Below the pieces are notes generated by a model. It worked only from the letters and a program-made list of their open reading frames with translations, did not search any database and was not told the origin of the DNA. A DNA stretch of 62,842 nucleotides, filler included, from Rhabdomonas costata (lineage: Eukaryota), in NCBI GenBank assembly GCA_019059605.1. It is 37 parts of 37 records of this genome, joined end to end, with 100 filler letters (N's around TTAATTAATTAA, not from the genome) between each part and the next. Parts side by side here need not be neighbours in the genome. Positions count along the whole stretch, not along the records: positions 47,641 to 49,240 come from JAHMHO010012251.1; positions 49,341 to 50,940 come from JAHMHO010012252.1; positions 51,041 to 52,640 come from JAHMHO010012253.1; positions 52,741 to 54,340 come from JAHMHO010012254.1; positions 54,441 to 56,040 come from JAHMHO010012255.1; positions 56,141 to 57,743 come from JAHMHO010012256.1; positions 57,844 to 59,443 come from JAHMHO010012257.1; positions 59,544 to 61,142 come from JAHMHO010012258.1; 29 more parts are not named here. The stretch is one strand, 5' to 3'. Position numbers and translations under genes: made by a program. Shown here piece by piece: positions 47,541 to 60,861 of the stretch (its first letter is position 1; each line of letters begins with the position of its first letter).

Positions 47541-48220
47541 NNNNNNNNNNNNNNNNNNNNNNNNNNNNNNNNNNNNNNNNNNNNTTAATTAATTAANNNN
47601 NNNNNNNNNNNNNNNNNNNNNNNNNNNNNNNNNNNNNNNNCGCGACGGAGCCGATGCCAAAGCCCAGTGCGGTGCTGGCCACGTTGCGGAAGAACCCACC
47701 TGTGAAGAATAAAATCGGAAAGAGGAAACAAATTAAAGGGAGCACTGTTTTGAGAAAATCGCTTTCTCATAAAAATGGAAGAGTGTAATTTGCGGGGCTT
47801 TTTTTTTTGTAATTTTTGTAATTTGCGGTCCTAATTCGAGCAGTGTTGCTCCTTGCCACGAGTCGCCGGACCATTGATGTTGTTTCTAAAAAATGTTTTC
47901 ACAAACAGGACGGCCTCTCACTTTTGATCGACCAGCGAACGTAGAAAAGCTCAGTTCTTGCGAACGTGGTGCAAAATGGTGGCATAAGGCAGGCATTTGT
48001 TTGTGCGGGCATGCCCTTGCTGTCAGTTGTTGAGTTAGCAAAAAAAAAAAAAAGGCGGTAAAACGGTGTCTAACAGTGTTGCAGCCGTAGCTTTGCAGGA
48101 GCAACCGCCTTACCCTTGCCTTGTCCGACTTGTTGGGGTTGGTTTTCTGATCTCCGACGTTTTGGTTGCCTGCGTTCAGATCCCTTCTCTTTTTCTGCAC
48201 GCACGCATATGGGCCGTGCA

Positions 48221-48342
48221 GGGGTGGAAAGAGATTCGGTGGAAGCAGCTTCCGCTCCCACAGCTCCTCTGGCCACCACGCAACCACCTCTAGTGCGTCC
48301 GCCTGTGCGCCAAGAGCAGTGGCTCCAGCACCAGCTCGCCAT
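48221..48342 (+). CDS. Possible internal exon, hypothetical
   Basis: GCAG|...VERDSVEAASAPTAPL...QEQWLQHQLAM|GTGTGC. Confidence 0.3.
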
Positions 48343-49905
48343 GGTGTGCTCAACTCATATGGGGGAATGAATGTTTTCCTCCCTTTTTCGTTGCGGAAAC
48401 GAAAGATGCACAGTTGCAAAGGGTGCATCATGTGGCAAGGCGTTTTTCAGAGTTGAGAGAAAATTGTATCAAGAGTTACCACAGGCGTAGAATAAAATGC
48501 AAAACAAAAAACTCACCGCCTTCAAGTTCGTCGATTGGTACACCAGGGAACTTGGCCCCTGAACCCCCTGCATGCAAAGTCTCCTGTCGGCATTCCATGG
48601 GAAACTTGCATGTCTCTCCAGAGGGGTTCACGTTCGAAAGTTGGGTCGGTTGGTGTTGTTGGGGTGTTAGATGGACACTGGCGTCTATGGCCACGTTCGC
48701 CCCTCACCACCACCACCACCAATTGTGCACTTGTTTTGCGCGGCGTTGTAGGCAGCTGCGGTGAAAGCCTCTTGTGAGAAGCATAGGCAGAGTGAGAATA
48801 CGAATGGAGTCGAAAAGGCCTCCTTATGCCAGCCCCTACCCACTTCCGGGTTACCCGGTGAACGGATGACGAACCAGAAAGGCAGAAGAATTCGGCTTAT
48901 CGAAGGCCCATACAAGAAGTTTGCCGAACTAAGCGAGTGAGGTCACACCGAGATTATCTCCCTATCTTGTTCCGTCTGTTGGCCCTGGAAAACGAGCCCT
49001 ACTGTGCCCTGTGAAGGAGGGGTGCGAAGGAGGGTCAGAAAGGGCCGCAAGTGGGGCCCTTGTTTAGGCCCGCCTCATACGTCTCATAGCGTTTGCATGA
49101 CCATAGCGTGACCTTGTGCCAGCAGCTATCTCTGGTTCATGGGTTTTTTATTACAAGCCCGGAGTTCTGCACAAGCGACGGCAACGCAGTGATCAGTACA
49201 CAACATCATGTAGAAGTCAACAAAATGAATACCCACACCANNNNNNNNNNNNNNNNNNNNNNNNNNNNNNNNNNNNNNNNNNNNTTAATTAATTAANNNN
49301 NNNNNNNNNNNNNNNNNNNNNNNNNNNNNNNNNNNNNNNNGGGTTGTGGGGGTGCTACTAAAAACGACCGAACCGGTCACTTTTGCGTGGTTTTGTGAAC
49401 TGAACTGTGTCAACTCACACCGCGTTTCGTTTCGGGAGACCTGTTGTAGTGTGGACAAAAGTCCCCAGACCTGCTTGGGGTGTGCCTGTGCGAAGAAGCT
49501 GAATTAAGATTTCGTTAAATTGGAAAGCCAGTGACTTCACACGGGTTAGCGGGCTGCCCTTCATCCCAAAGGTACATTTTCTAAGAGCCGTTTCCAAATT
49601 GGTCACTTACCCCAGGTGGGGTTCCCTCTGTGCCCCCATGCAGGGCTAGGCCTTGTTCCGGCGCAACGCGAGTTATCTGTAATCTGCATACATCTTTAGC
49701 ACCTGCAGTGACCGCTAAACCTTGTCTGTTCGAAGCCAATAGGCCCTTTGAGAACTCAAGAAGCCTGAACTTGTATTCCTGCAGGTGGTTCATGTCTTCT
49801 TTTCGATTCCTTTTTTGTATGCGTGCGTGACCGCCTGTCCTGCGGTTGGTTTCCAACGTACTGGCCCTCCGGTAGGCGCAGTGTGCGTGACCACGCGTCA
49901 CGGCA

Positions 49906-50773
49906 ATGGCCAGCTGCTCTGGCAAGGGCAGCGGGGTGCAGCTCCCACTGTGGCTCCTTGTGGGGGTGCTGGTTGTGCTCATCGTGGTTGCGGTGGGGCT
50001 GCTGGCCTTCCTGCCGGTGTACTTCCGCACAGAAGCCACCATGGCCTCTGTGGCGTCGAAGTACAGGGAGCTCTCGTTCCTCGCCGTTGAGAACAAGGTG
50101 GTGAATCTGTTGCAGGCGCAGGTGGAGATGGCACAGCTGATGGCCAAAGAGCAGGCCACGTTTTCTTCTGGCATGCCTGGAAAAGAAGCCTGTGCGGGGC
50201 TTTTGTTTCCTCTCCAGACGCTGGACACTGTGCAAATGATTGGGCCAACGCTCCTCCTCCTCCTTCTTCTTTGCGCTTTAGTCCGTCCCAAACCGTTTGC
50301 TCATTTGTCTCAATCACAATTAAATCGATTTATCCGTCCTCTTTGGGCGCGTCAAGGCGTCAAGGAGCGCTGAGAAAACAGCGTCATCGTATCCGTTATT
50401 CGGGAGTTACCCTGTGAAGAGCAGACTTGACGTGGATGTTTGGTAGAGGTAAATGTGGAAGTTCGGTGATGAGATGGGGGTCGATGTTCGCATATCTCTT
50501 TTTCCAGTCGACCCGTTCCCGGAAGAGTTCCGCAAGATGCTCTTCTTCAGGCTGCAGGGCTCAACCCAAGTCACCAACGTCGGCGTGGGCTACGCCAACG
50601 GTGACTTCATGGGCCTGGGCCATGACAAGGACACCAACAACCTAGCCTGGGCCATCTCGGGGGAGGCCACAGGCCATCACGGGGTCCAGCTTCCCGCGCT
50701 GTCGTGGAACCAAGACTGGCTGCAGAACTACTCCAACGCCAGCAATGGCCCGATTATGAACATCACCCTCCGG
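49906..50773 (+). CDS. N-terminal exons of a receptor-type membrane protein (TM plus Cache-like ectodomain)
   Basis: N-terminal TM (LPLWLLVGVLVVLIVVAVGLLAFLPVY), a long helix, and an exon from 50508 with VTNVGVGYANGDFMG (Cache-like strand motif). Confidence 0.7.
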
Positions 50774-52267
50774 GTGCAGTTTTTTTATCGGGAAGTCGTA
50801 TATGTTAGTTCCAGGAGCTGTCGCCACATCGGCATGCTCCGTCACACTCTAAACCACCTCATGCTCAGACCAGGTCCTTGTCGGGCGGACCTGTGGCAAT
50901 TATGGTAATGCAATGATATCGTGTTTTTTTCCACAACACCNNNNNNNNNNNNNNNNNNNNNNNNNNNNNNNNNNNNNNNNNNNNTTAATTAATTAANNNN
51001 NNNNNNNNNNNNNNNNNNNNNNNNNNNNNNNNNNNNNNNNTGTGTTGAAAAAATGTTGTGGGTTTAATGTTTCAAGGTGTGTGTCCTTGCGTGTGGCGGG
51101 GGGCAGGGCACATACAACAGAAACACGAACCGAATGATAAGGGCTTCAGGGGGTTGCTTTGATATGGGTTAGCAGAGCGGCTTCCTTGTCTTTGAGTTCG
51201 ACTTTTATATTGCCGGGGTCATGTCAAAGTGAGAGTTTCAATAAGTAAGAGTTTCGATAATTATTCAAAAACTGACCATGGAATCTCAAGGCGATGTAAT
51301 GACGCTCATAAGGACGCTTTAATGACCGAAAAAAGCTCAAAAATTCCTGAAACACCCCGTTAAGTTGGGCGCCATATGAAAAACCATGTCTTTACGTCGC
51401 CTTCTCATGGCGCCGTCAGCAAAGGTACCTGTTCCCAACGACCATTCTTTTTGAAATGCAACCTCTTAGTATTCTTTCCACAGCAGACTTTCCCAAGGAA
51501 ATATCACTTGTAAGCTAAAAGCGCAAACTCTTTCATGCTTTCATTACTTTTAAGGTGGCGGGAGCAATATTTGGTGTAGGGAATGCAGCTTCGCATTTAT
51601 CCTATCTCTTTCAGCTTGTGTGTGTGTTTCCACACCCAGGCTCCAGTCTGATGTAATCAAGCTTACCGTGTGTGTGTTTAGGTGCTAGCCCCAGCCCAAG
51701 TCGCCTTGCAGCGCTGGAGTCCAGCACCGTCTCCCATGCCCGAGTCATCCTCACCATGTGTGTTTCCCCCCGCCCTAAATAAACCGCTTCCGATTGTTCT
51801 TATGCACCATCAGTCAATTCGGGACTGCCTAAGGAATAAATTGTTTGCTTCAAATGTATCAACCATAGCAGCTCGTTGCCGAAGGCAAACGCAGGTTGGA
51901 TGCCGTCCGCCGAAAAGCCGACAGTCTGGGGCATTTTTTTTTGCTTATGCAGCTCGTATGGGTCTGCCTCTGCATTTTACGTAAAGGCATTCAGCCAAGC
52001 GCAGAGAAAAGTGAGCAAAGCTCTTGACGAATTTCGGTTTGGTTTCACGAGGGCTTCATGATGGAATCATTACTTCATCCCAGGGAGTGCCTTTGCATTT
52101 GGCTCAAGGCTTGGAGCGAGAACAATGGCTCATCGATGTGGTTGCTGCTGAGCGCACTTTGGTTCCACCTGTAGGGTCTCATTCCGAGAGGGGAGTGGCT
52201 TTTCTTGCCACCCGTCGATGCTCAGCAATAGTCATGGTCTTCATTTGTGTCTGTGCGGATTGTGCAG

Positions 52268-52394
52268 GTTAACTGTTGGGTTTGTGTTGTATATGGTCAC
52301 GGGCTTCCTGTACAACCGGTTTGTTCGAATGCTCCCTGGAATTGACGCCGTTCCCAACTTGGAGTTCTGGACTGGCCTGCCCTTCTTAGTCTGG
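52268..52394 (+). CDS. Cation-dependent mannose-6-phosphate receptor/ATG27-like C-terminal exon
   Basis: LYMVTGFLYNRFV...GIDAVPNLEFWTGLPFLV (YxxxGxxYNx..G....PNxxFW motif). Confidence 0.8.
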
Positions 52395-52740
52395 GTGTGC
52401 CTTTCCTACGTGTCCCTTGCTAAAGCTTCAGCTCAGTCGGAAGCATACAATGAACTGCCAAGGTCTTTTTTTTGAATGGGCGGTAACGGTGACACCAAGA
52501 CTAAGAGTTGGACTTGGATGGAATTTGAAAAGCAGCATGATTTGCTCGGTGTGCTGTCCATTGAAGCCATTCAGTGTAGCGGGATGCACTTGAACCGTTG
52601 GTACGTCTGCTCCCAACGCATAGCCCTTTTACCCAACCCCNNNNNNNNNNNNNNNNNNNNNNNNNNNNNNNNNNNNNNNNNNNNTTAATTAATTAANNNN
52701 NNNNNNNNNNNNNNNNNNNNNNNNNNNNNNNNNNNNNNNN

Positions 52741-53917
52741 GGGTGTGTGGTTGTCTGAGCGTTCCAGGGAGGCCACACTGCCAGACTCTTCAATCCGGGC
52801 GGTGTTCTGGTTGTATTCGTCTTCGCGCTGTGAGGAAGCGGAGAGGAGGAAGAGGATTGGGTCCTGCAACGCAGCCCTCCAGGGGCGGGAGGCCGAGGTG
52901 GGTACGCGATTTGCAGGAACCGGAAGGGAAGAGGGGGTAAAATTTGCGCAAACGTTCAAACGTCCGCGATACAGCTACGTCAACCGTTGGAATCACAGCA
53001 TCATTTAGAAAGTAGTCCCTCATAGCTGGGATGACCCAAGCCACTCAGTCGTTAGACACGATTTTGCACGTGAGTTGGGTTGTATTCGCGTTGGGAGACT
53101 GAACAGCATTCAAGCATACAAATAATGGGATGATAGAAACAACACAGATTTCAAAAACAGATTTCGAAACAGATCCCCCCTAAGAAAACGGTGCAGTTGG
53201 TGCTCAACAAGCGACACAACGACATTGCGAGCCTACTTACTGAACAGCAAATAGAAACAAGCAGAAACCTCCTCCAGCTCCCCCTCTGCCTCATCGGAAA
53301 CGCCAGCCTGGTAGCTCAGGTGCTGCAGCACGGCCTGGGGAATGTACTTGCGGACAAGCTTCAGGCTCTGCAGAATCTTCAGGCAGGACTGCTGAGTGGT
53401 AGTGGGATCCTGTTGAAAACGCCGGCAAAACTAACTATTCGTGCCAGGGCCATTTTGTCCACTTGTAGCGACAAAACAATTTTAAACCAGCCTCAGTCAG
53501 AATTCAGAAAAATTTGGGTCTGGAGGACGATACCCCTTCTCACGTGAAAGCTAAATAACCGATGGGCGATACAATACAAGCGACCATGTTGTTCCGTGTC
53601 AGGTCAAACATTGGAAACTCATACAAAGCACAAAACGTACATGGCCCCCTTTCGAACTGTTAGTTGCTTCTTTACCATTTTTTCGCTGTATAAGTTTTTC
53701 CTTTTCTCGCCTTTCTAAGAAATCACGGCAGCAATGTGTCGCGGAGACTCCATTCGCACATGGGATGATGCGCGGCAGGCAGTTCTGCTGCACCTGAATC
53801 TCCTCCAGGAAGGCCAGCTTCTCCAAGTCAAACGTCGCAATGGCGGCGCTCAGCTCCACCGCCACCTTGACGTCGTCCAGGCGGCGGTGAACCGCAGCCA
53901 GCCTCTTCTTTAGCTGC
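52741..53917 (-). CDS. Exons of a euglenozoan receptor adenylate-cyclase-like protein (linker region)
   Basis: Exons 53917-53794 and 53409-53269: DVKVAVELSAAIATFDLEKLAFLEEIQ-DPTTTQQSCLKILQSLKLVRKYIPQAVL. Paralog of 3426-4570. Confidence 0.65.
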
Positions 53918-56161
53918 CTAAAGTGAGGAGGACGGCAGGTCTGATGTGATCCCACAGACAGCGACGCACAGAAAACTACAGAAATCAGCGACACGAGCAG
54001 CGAAACACGCTCTCTCTCTGCTTCAAACGACCCTACACTGTCATATACTGTGGCGTAAGTCCCATTGCGCTGCTGCTGCTGCTGCTTCTTCTGTGCATGT
54101 GTGTATGCGAGTGTCCAATATGCATAAGGTGGACATGTATGTGTGTGATGTTACCTTCAGTCGCGCACCGCCCCACACCCCTTGGAAGGCAGGTATTGCC
54201 GGAAAGCGGATCCCAGAGACCTCTGCAGCAGGCTGGAAGTTTTTGTACCCGTTGACGACTTGGTTGCCACAATGGGAATCAAAGCACGTACCTATTGAAG
54301 GCGTATGCCCCGAGGCCAACCAGGAGTAGTCCACACAAACNNNNNNNNNNNNNNNNNNNNNNNNNNNNNNNNNNNNNNNNNNNNTTAATTAATTAANNNN
54401 NNNNNNNNNNNNNNNNNNNNNNNNNNNNNNNNNNNNNNNNTGTGGGTTGGAACTCATGCGTTGGGTGTGGGGTCTTCTTTCTCGCCGCCACGCGTGACCA
54501 AAACTCGGACTTGTTGTGAAAATGTGTCAAGCGGCAGCAATTCCACTGATAATCTGTCTCAGTCTCGTGCACTGTCTCTCCTCTTCTCCACTTCTGTCGC
54601 TCTAAATGTCTACACGATCTATTTTTTTCTCCCACCTTCATCCATGATACCGGTGTAACTCCTGTCTTGGGTTTCTTCCACCACACAATGCGCACTTTCT
54701 TCTTTTCGCTCTTCATCTTTGGTCAGAAACATCAGCATGCGCTGTCCATGCAACAAATGTCCATACTCTGCATAGTACATGACCTTTACAGCATTACAGT
54801 GGTCCAACTTCTGGTCCAAATCCCCGCGCAATCCGATCCTCTAATTCTCACCTAACGTCTTCTACACTGCCATACTTAACTGCATCTCCTAAACTCCGCT
54901 GTTTTACATGAAACTGCTTAAACTGTACCGTGAAAGGCCAGGATGTCTTGGGACGCTTGACTACTATTACTAGGACTATTACAGAGCTGTTACATGATTT
55001 GAAGCCTTTAAACACGATTTAAGGTCTGGAAGTGATTAAAGGATAGTACAAAAGTATTCTGCTTGTGTATTTTTGCAAAGCCTCGCTTAACTGAACAACT
55101 GAACTCTTTTCACGCCACTCTTCTCGACCACCTCGCACTAATAGCTTGAGTAGTTAGTCAGCACACACTTGCACTCACTTGATCAGTGACACACGCCCAC
55201 TACGACTCACGTCTACACTACCCAAACATCTACCACGCATAATGTGTTCTCTTTGCCATCAAAGAAGAAAAAATGATATCTTTCTGAAGTGTGTGTAATT
55301 TTTTCGAGTTTTCACGCACGCAAGCGCACGCAAAGACAATAAAACCAAATTTGTATTCCTTCAGCGAAACTACCGTGCACATGACAGCAGTGAATGGCTT
55401 CAGGCGCAGTCGATTTCTTTCCAGATTCAATATAAAATACAAAATAATGTCACCCATTTCACCCGCCAGACTTCCTCACTGAAAACTGCTCACGTCCACT
55501 GCCTAAATGCTGGAGCTTTCACAGTGCCTCATCACAGCTGCTTCAAAGCTCTGCCAGCTGGACTGTAACCCCAAACGCATCTCCTTGGTAAGGGTCCCTT
55601 GCCAAAGCAGCTAGCACCAAAAGTCCCTGTACCAGTGGTGCTTCGTGTAACACAGCCGACGCAAGAAACGCACCGACTGACGAATGTGGGCCGGAAGCCC
55701 TCCCAAATTCATGTTTCGCGTACCTCACAAATCTTGGAGACCAGACCAGACAAAAGTCCACGGATCAAAGCAGGTGAAAGTGGATCCTGAAACTCCGGCC
55801 AGGTTCTCAAGTTGCCTCTATCGCCCTGGCGATAGGCATCAGTTTGATACGCCGAGGCATTCACAGCTACTTTGCTCCTCCAGTCCAGCCGCAGTTCCAG
55901 GCACCAGGCATTGTGCGAATTTGACTGCCCTCTTAAACCCAACAGTCATCAGCAGCATCCTGCTTAACTTAGCCTAAGTCCACTCCCTGTTGGCAGCAGT
56001 TCTGTTCACCACCACAACAATGAAAACGTTTTCCCTATAANNNNNNNNNNNNNNNNNNNNNNNNNNNNNNNNNNNNNNNNNNNNTTAATTAATTAANNNN
56101 NNNNNNNNNNNNNNNNNNNNNNNNNNNNNNNNNNNNNNNNGTGTTGTGTGTTTGGTTTTGG

Positions 56162-56231
56162 TTTGCTTTGCTTTGCTTTGCTTTGCTTTGCTTTGCTTTG
56201 CTTTGCTTTGCTTTGCTTTGCTTTGCTTTGC
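56162..56231. repeat. (TTTGC)14 pentanucleotide microsatellite
   Basis: Direct reading. Confidence 0.95.
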
Positions 56232-56770
56232 TTGCTTCACAAGAATCTCATTGTCTTTCTGAAGTGTGTGGTTGTTTCGAGTTTCCACAGAGGCAAGCGC
56301 AGGCGAAGGCAAGAAACAAAGGGGTACTTCTTCTCCCCGAATAGTATGTGAAGGGGCATACCGGGCCCCTAGGGGAATCGAGCCTTGGGGGGACACCACA
56401 CCACGTGCGTTTCCACCATGCGCGTCCGCCACACCGCTCTGCCCGTAAACAGTTTGATCAGTGTCTGCCTTTTTGCCATAAGTCAATAGTGGCCCTATCT
56501 AGCCGTGCTCATACTGCCAACATTTTACAGCCCGCCCACGGTGCCCCGATAGTCTCCAGTAGCCCTCGATTTCAGCCCGGACAAAGCAGGGAAGGGGCGG
56601 AGGCAGTATACTGTGAAAGTGATGGACGTTCTCCGAGCCTTTGAGGGGATGGGGTTGCTGCCAGGTATCCTATCGGCGTGCCCCGAAGGTACATTTACGC
56701 TGTGCGTCATGGCACACAGCAGTCCCGCACAAATGTGGTGGTGGGGGGGGTGTCCCAACGCCCTTTCTAG

Positions 56771-57728
56771 GTACACACGTATATTATTGGCTTCCCTCCC
56801 TAGTGACCTCCCGGGGCACTTCGAGGACGAGGCCCACCCGTTCGCCATGCCCTGCCCGGACTCTACCTGCCACTGCACAACCCACCCCTCTTACGCGACC
56901 ACTTCGGCCTCGGCCACAATGTCTGTGTCTGAGTCTGTGTGGGAGCACTTCAAGCGGGCCCACTATCCCACTAGTCTGCCACAAGAGGGAGAAGGCGTCA
57001 CTGCGGAGACGGTGGCGCAGGCCAAGGCTGCGGCCAAGGCGGCCTTTATGCAGTGGCTGCAGCGCCTGGAAATGGCCGTACACCCTACGGCGCAGCAGGT
57101 GCAGGAGAAGGTCAGGTCCTTCGCCACAGAGTTCCTGAATACCTACGACCCCGCTAATACAGAGAACCCGTTGGGCGAAAACCTGACCTGGGACGGAGTT
57201 GCCGCAGTGCACACCTATACCTTGGAGACGGAGATCTACTCCAAGGTTAACCCCCCCCCTCACGTGTTCCCGCGAAAGGCGGTGGAGCGGGGAGCGGGGT
57301 ACAGGTGAGAGCCAAAAGCTGGACAGCGTTCCCTTCCGGTGCAGTGCCTTGCACGGCGCGAAACGCACTCTCCTCTGTCCGGTATGCTACGGCGCGGGGT
57401 GACTCCTTGCGCCTTCTTTGTGAGCCTATCGTGGACTCCAATAGACTAGTTACTCGGGAATACTCAGCAGACGACTATGCTGAGGCTTGACTCATTCGGG
57501 GATTACAACCTGGATAGAGGAGAACGGATCACAGAGGGAGAAGCCTATCCCCTTTGCTGGGCTCTCTGTCTCTCTCAGATGAACGCTGCCCTGCGAGGTG
57601 AAGACGAAGCTGCCCTGAAGAAGTGGAAGGACCTTGCGCTGCAATTGGACACGGGCCTGCAGGATCTGCCCCCCGTGGAGACCGCGACTCTTCCCCTATA
57701 CCGTGGGATCAACGCCCAAGTGGACCTG
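56771..57728 (+). CDS. Mono-ADP-ribosyltransferase (ART, R-S-E clade) domain protein, N-terminal half of the domain
   Basis: Exons ...57245 and 57579-57728 join as AVHTYTLETEIYSK-MNAALRG...W...LDTGLQDLP...LYRG (YT..Y..N..LR..LP..YRG signature). Confidence 0.82.
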
Positions 57729-58237
57729 GTCCGAGCCCCCCACNNNNNNNNNNNNNNNNNNNNNNNNNNNNNNNNNNNNNNNNNNNNTTAATTAATTAAN
57801 NNNNNNNNNNNNNNNNNNNNNNNNNNNNNNNNNNNNNNNNNNNGTGTTGGGGGGGGATGGACGTGAAGGAGGGAGTGCCCTAATAAGATGAATGATCGGC
57901 ATGCTAACCTGTCAGGCGGACTCGGACAAGCCATGAGAGAGATGAGTTTATTCAGTATGAACATTGTATGATCATTCAGACCCATTGGTGAGTCACCAAA
58001 TTGATGATGGGTATCGCTTGGCCTTGGATGATCTCTTCTAGTGAAAGAACTTCAAAATTTTCCCCACTAAAGTTTGCCCAGACGTTACAATATGGAAGTA
58101 CTAATCGCATCCCGTCCCATCGCACAAAATAAGAGAATTCGTTCTCCATTCTCGCCACTGAGGGTTACTCCCTCTCGTAAGTGGAATTCTATCACCCAAA
58201 GCTCTACGTCGTAACCGTAAGGTGTGTGGGGGCATAC

Positions 58238-59139
58238 GCGGCGCTGGGCAAGGCCAACGTAGATCGGCTTCACACTCAGACCACCAATCTTGCCGTTCAT
58301 CTCAGCAATCGCCTTGTCCGCCGACTCAGGCTCGCGGTAGGACACAAAGCCAAAGCCTGTTAGAAAATAAATCACCTGAAACCAAGCACACGTTCCCCAA
58401 TGAAGCCTATACTCGCACCCCCCAAACATGCGCCAACTCGAGCCGTTAGGATGGCCAGTAAATGGTCAGGTCAACACACCAGCAACTAAAAAAAATGAAG
58501 TTACAGTACCCAGGATTGCGAGTGGGTACCTTTGCTGATTTTGGTCACGTCGTCGCGCATAATCTTCGCGGAGATCACTGCGCCAAACTTCTCGAACGCC
58601 TCCCTCAGCCGCACGTCATCCACGGTATCGTCCAAATTCTGTGCCACATCCACATCACACTCGGGCCTTTCTGTGGCTTGCTTAAAAAGCAGGCAGGTTG
58701 GCTTCTGCCATTTTTACAATCGAGTCAGGCAGACGGAGATTCCTGCCCTGCTTTGTGGTGAACCGGTGCCTTGCGGCTCACAGCACACTCGCGCTGCCTG
58801 GGATCTCCGTGCAGCAGCACCCGTGCAGCAGACGTTGAACGCTACAAACAATTTTTTTCTTAACCTCGATTTTTCGGTCCCCGCTTTCAGCCTCAGCTCA
58901 AATCCTAATACTCAAATCCAAATACAACTGCAAGGAATGCGCTGTGGTGGGCGGGGTAAAGGGCATGCCTTGATGTAGAGGTTGACGTACTTCGAGAGCT
59001 GCAGCAGTCTCTCGCGGCGCCACTGCTCGCGGAGGTGCATCCGCTCGCTCCGGCGCTGGTGCCGCGCGACGTACAGCGGCTTGCTGGGCAGCCCAACGCC
59101 GTTGTTGTCACCCGAGCTGTCGTGAAGATCCTCAATCAT
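58238..59139 (-). CDS. PABP: Cytoplasmic poly(A)-binding protein, RRM3-RRM4 exons
   Basis: Exons 59139-58969, 58638-58530 and 58356-58238: [12 protein letters not shown]...[14 protein letters not shown]...FG...SAKIMRD...SK-GFGFVSY...[11 protein letters not shown]. Confidence 0.95.
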
Positions 59140-60149
59140 CTGTTGCGCAAGCAGACGGGCAGTGTCTAAGCGCACGCGTGTGTGTATGTGCCACAGTCTT
59201 CCCTTCCAGATCCTGGCACATATGCACGGGGAACCATGCACTACATCCTGTTACAGAGTTACATCACTGTATCAGGGTGTACGTTAGCGTGGATGCCTGC
59301 ATCCTGCATCCCTGCATCGGTCGCTTGACGTGTCAAGCTAAGCCCACTCTCCGCTTCACGCGGGCAGCCCCTGATGTAGTTAACAAATGCTTGAATCCGT
59401 GCATCAAATTGGAAACTGGGATGCCGAAATAGCCAACCAAAAANNNNNNNNNNNNNNNNNNNNNNNNNNNNNNNNNNNNNNNNNNNNTTAATTAATTAAN
59501 NNNNNNNNNNNNNNNNNNNNNNNNNNNNNNNNNNNNNNNNNNNTTTTTGGTGTCAGAAGTTGCCCTTCACACCCTCTGAAAACTCGAAAAAAAAATGCTC
59601 CACCTTCAAAGCTAGAATCCACAACATTGCTCTCTCGCTCTGTACAGCTGGACAAAGTCGTATGTATCACTACTAAGTGGCTATGATTCAAAACCTGATG
59701 CTCAAGTGCAGCCTGGAATGACGCACAAAAACGCACAAGAAACCGCTGCTGCACTCAGAACACACGTTATCTCTACCACCCCGCCGTGAGAGAGAAAGAC
59801 ACGAAATCCAGCATTGGGGCGCATCCTCTCTCCTTCCTCATCCTCCCCACAGCAACTGTTTTCTCATCTTCAAGATAGTCGTACACTCCGCTATAGGTTG
59901 CAAAACCCTGAGCCCTCCAGCGAGGACCGAGGGCAAGCGAAGGATCAAAAAAGACTGACACCGACAAAAGAGAACCCTGTACACAAGTTGCATACTGTTT
60001 GCGGAAGGACCGGTGGAGAAATGGGCACGAAAGGCACAGACCCACAACCCCACACACGCCCCGAGCTGTCGAGGGGTGACCCTGGAAAAAGGAAACAGCA
60101 ATACTAACTAGCATGTGGGGAATGCGACAGTTTGCGAGATGGGCGCAGC

Positions 60150-60861
60150 TCATCCCAAGGAAGCCCCAGCCTCCTGCTCCACCTCACTCTCCCCTGCCGA
60201 TGGCGCAGCGGGGAGCCACGCGCAGTACGAGGAGAGGCAGTTTTGGACAGACTCGCGCGCGGAGCCAATCCGGGGCCACCGCCCCATGGTGTGCCGCAGC
60301 AGGGAGTTTACAAACCCGAAGTCCCCGTCGTTCAGCAGCACCACGTCAAAACCAGAGCAGAACTTCGCGAGGTTGCACTGCACCTGAGCAATGGAAGAGA
60401 TGGCGCTTGTTACAAACCTACCGCTTTCGGCAAGTGCATACAGGGCATTGCGGCAGGACTCAAAAGAGCTTCCGGACATCAAGGGAGGATGAACTCGACG
60501 AGTATTCACTAAGTCTGTACAAGTGCAGGAAATTTCATCCGGTGACCATCACACCACAGCCGGAAATAGGAGGTCCACGGGCAAAACATACGCACGCACA
60601 CATACACTCGCCTTGTCACGGCAAAGTGCGACCAAAAGCAAACAAGAGAAAACAGGCAAGTGCGACCAACGGGGATTACAGTTGGAAATGTGCTGATGGA
60701 ACCTGTGCGTTCAGGAACCCTACTGAGAGCACTGTGCCGTGCAGGGCGTCGGGGGCCATCCTGAGGTCCGTCAGGTTGTCCCCCAGCAAAACCACGTTGC
60801 TGGGCGCTAGGGTTCTCCGCCCGTAGCCTTCCCACCGGTGCCGCCCTTGGCGCGCCCGAGC
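60150..60861 (-). CDS. Pyrimidine 5'-nucleotidase (cN-III/UMPH-1 family), last two exons
   Basis: Exons 60861-60703 and 60383-60150: NVVLLGDNLTDLRMA...VLSVGFLN-...FDVVLLNDGDFGFVNSLL. Confidence 0.88.

Noticed and set aside
56085-56486. AKQSK or FALLC repeat proteins
   Set aside because: Translations of the (TTTGC)n microsatellite.
60113-60826. 237-aa + strand ORF (and similar long antisense ORFs elsewhere)
   Set aside because: A shadow ORF opposite the nucleotidase exons in GC-rich DNA.
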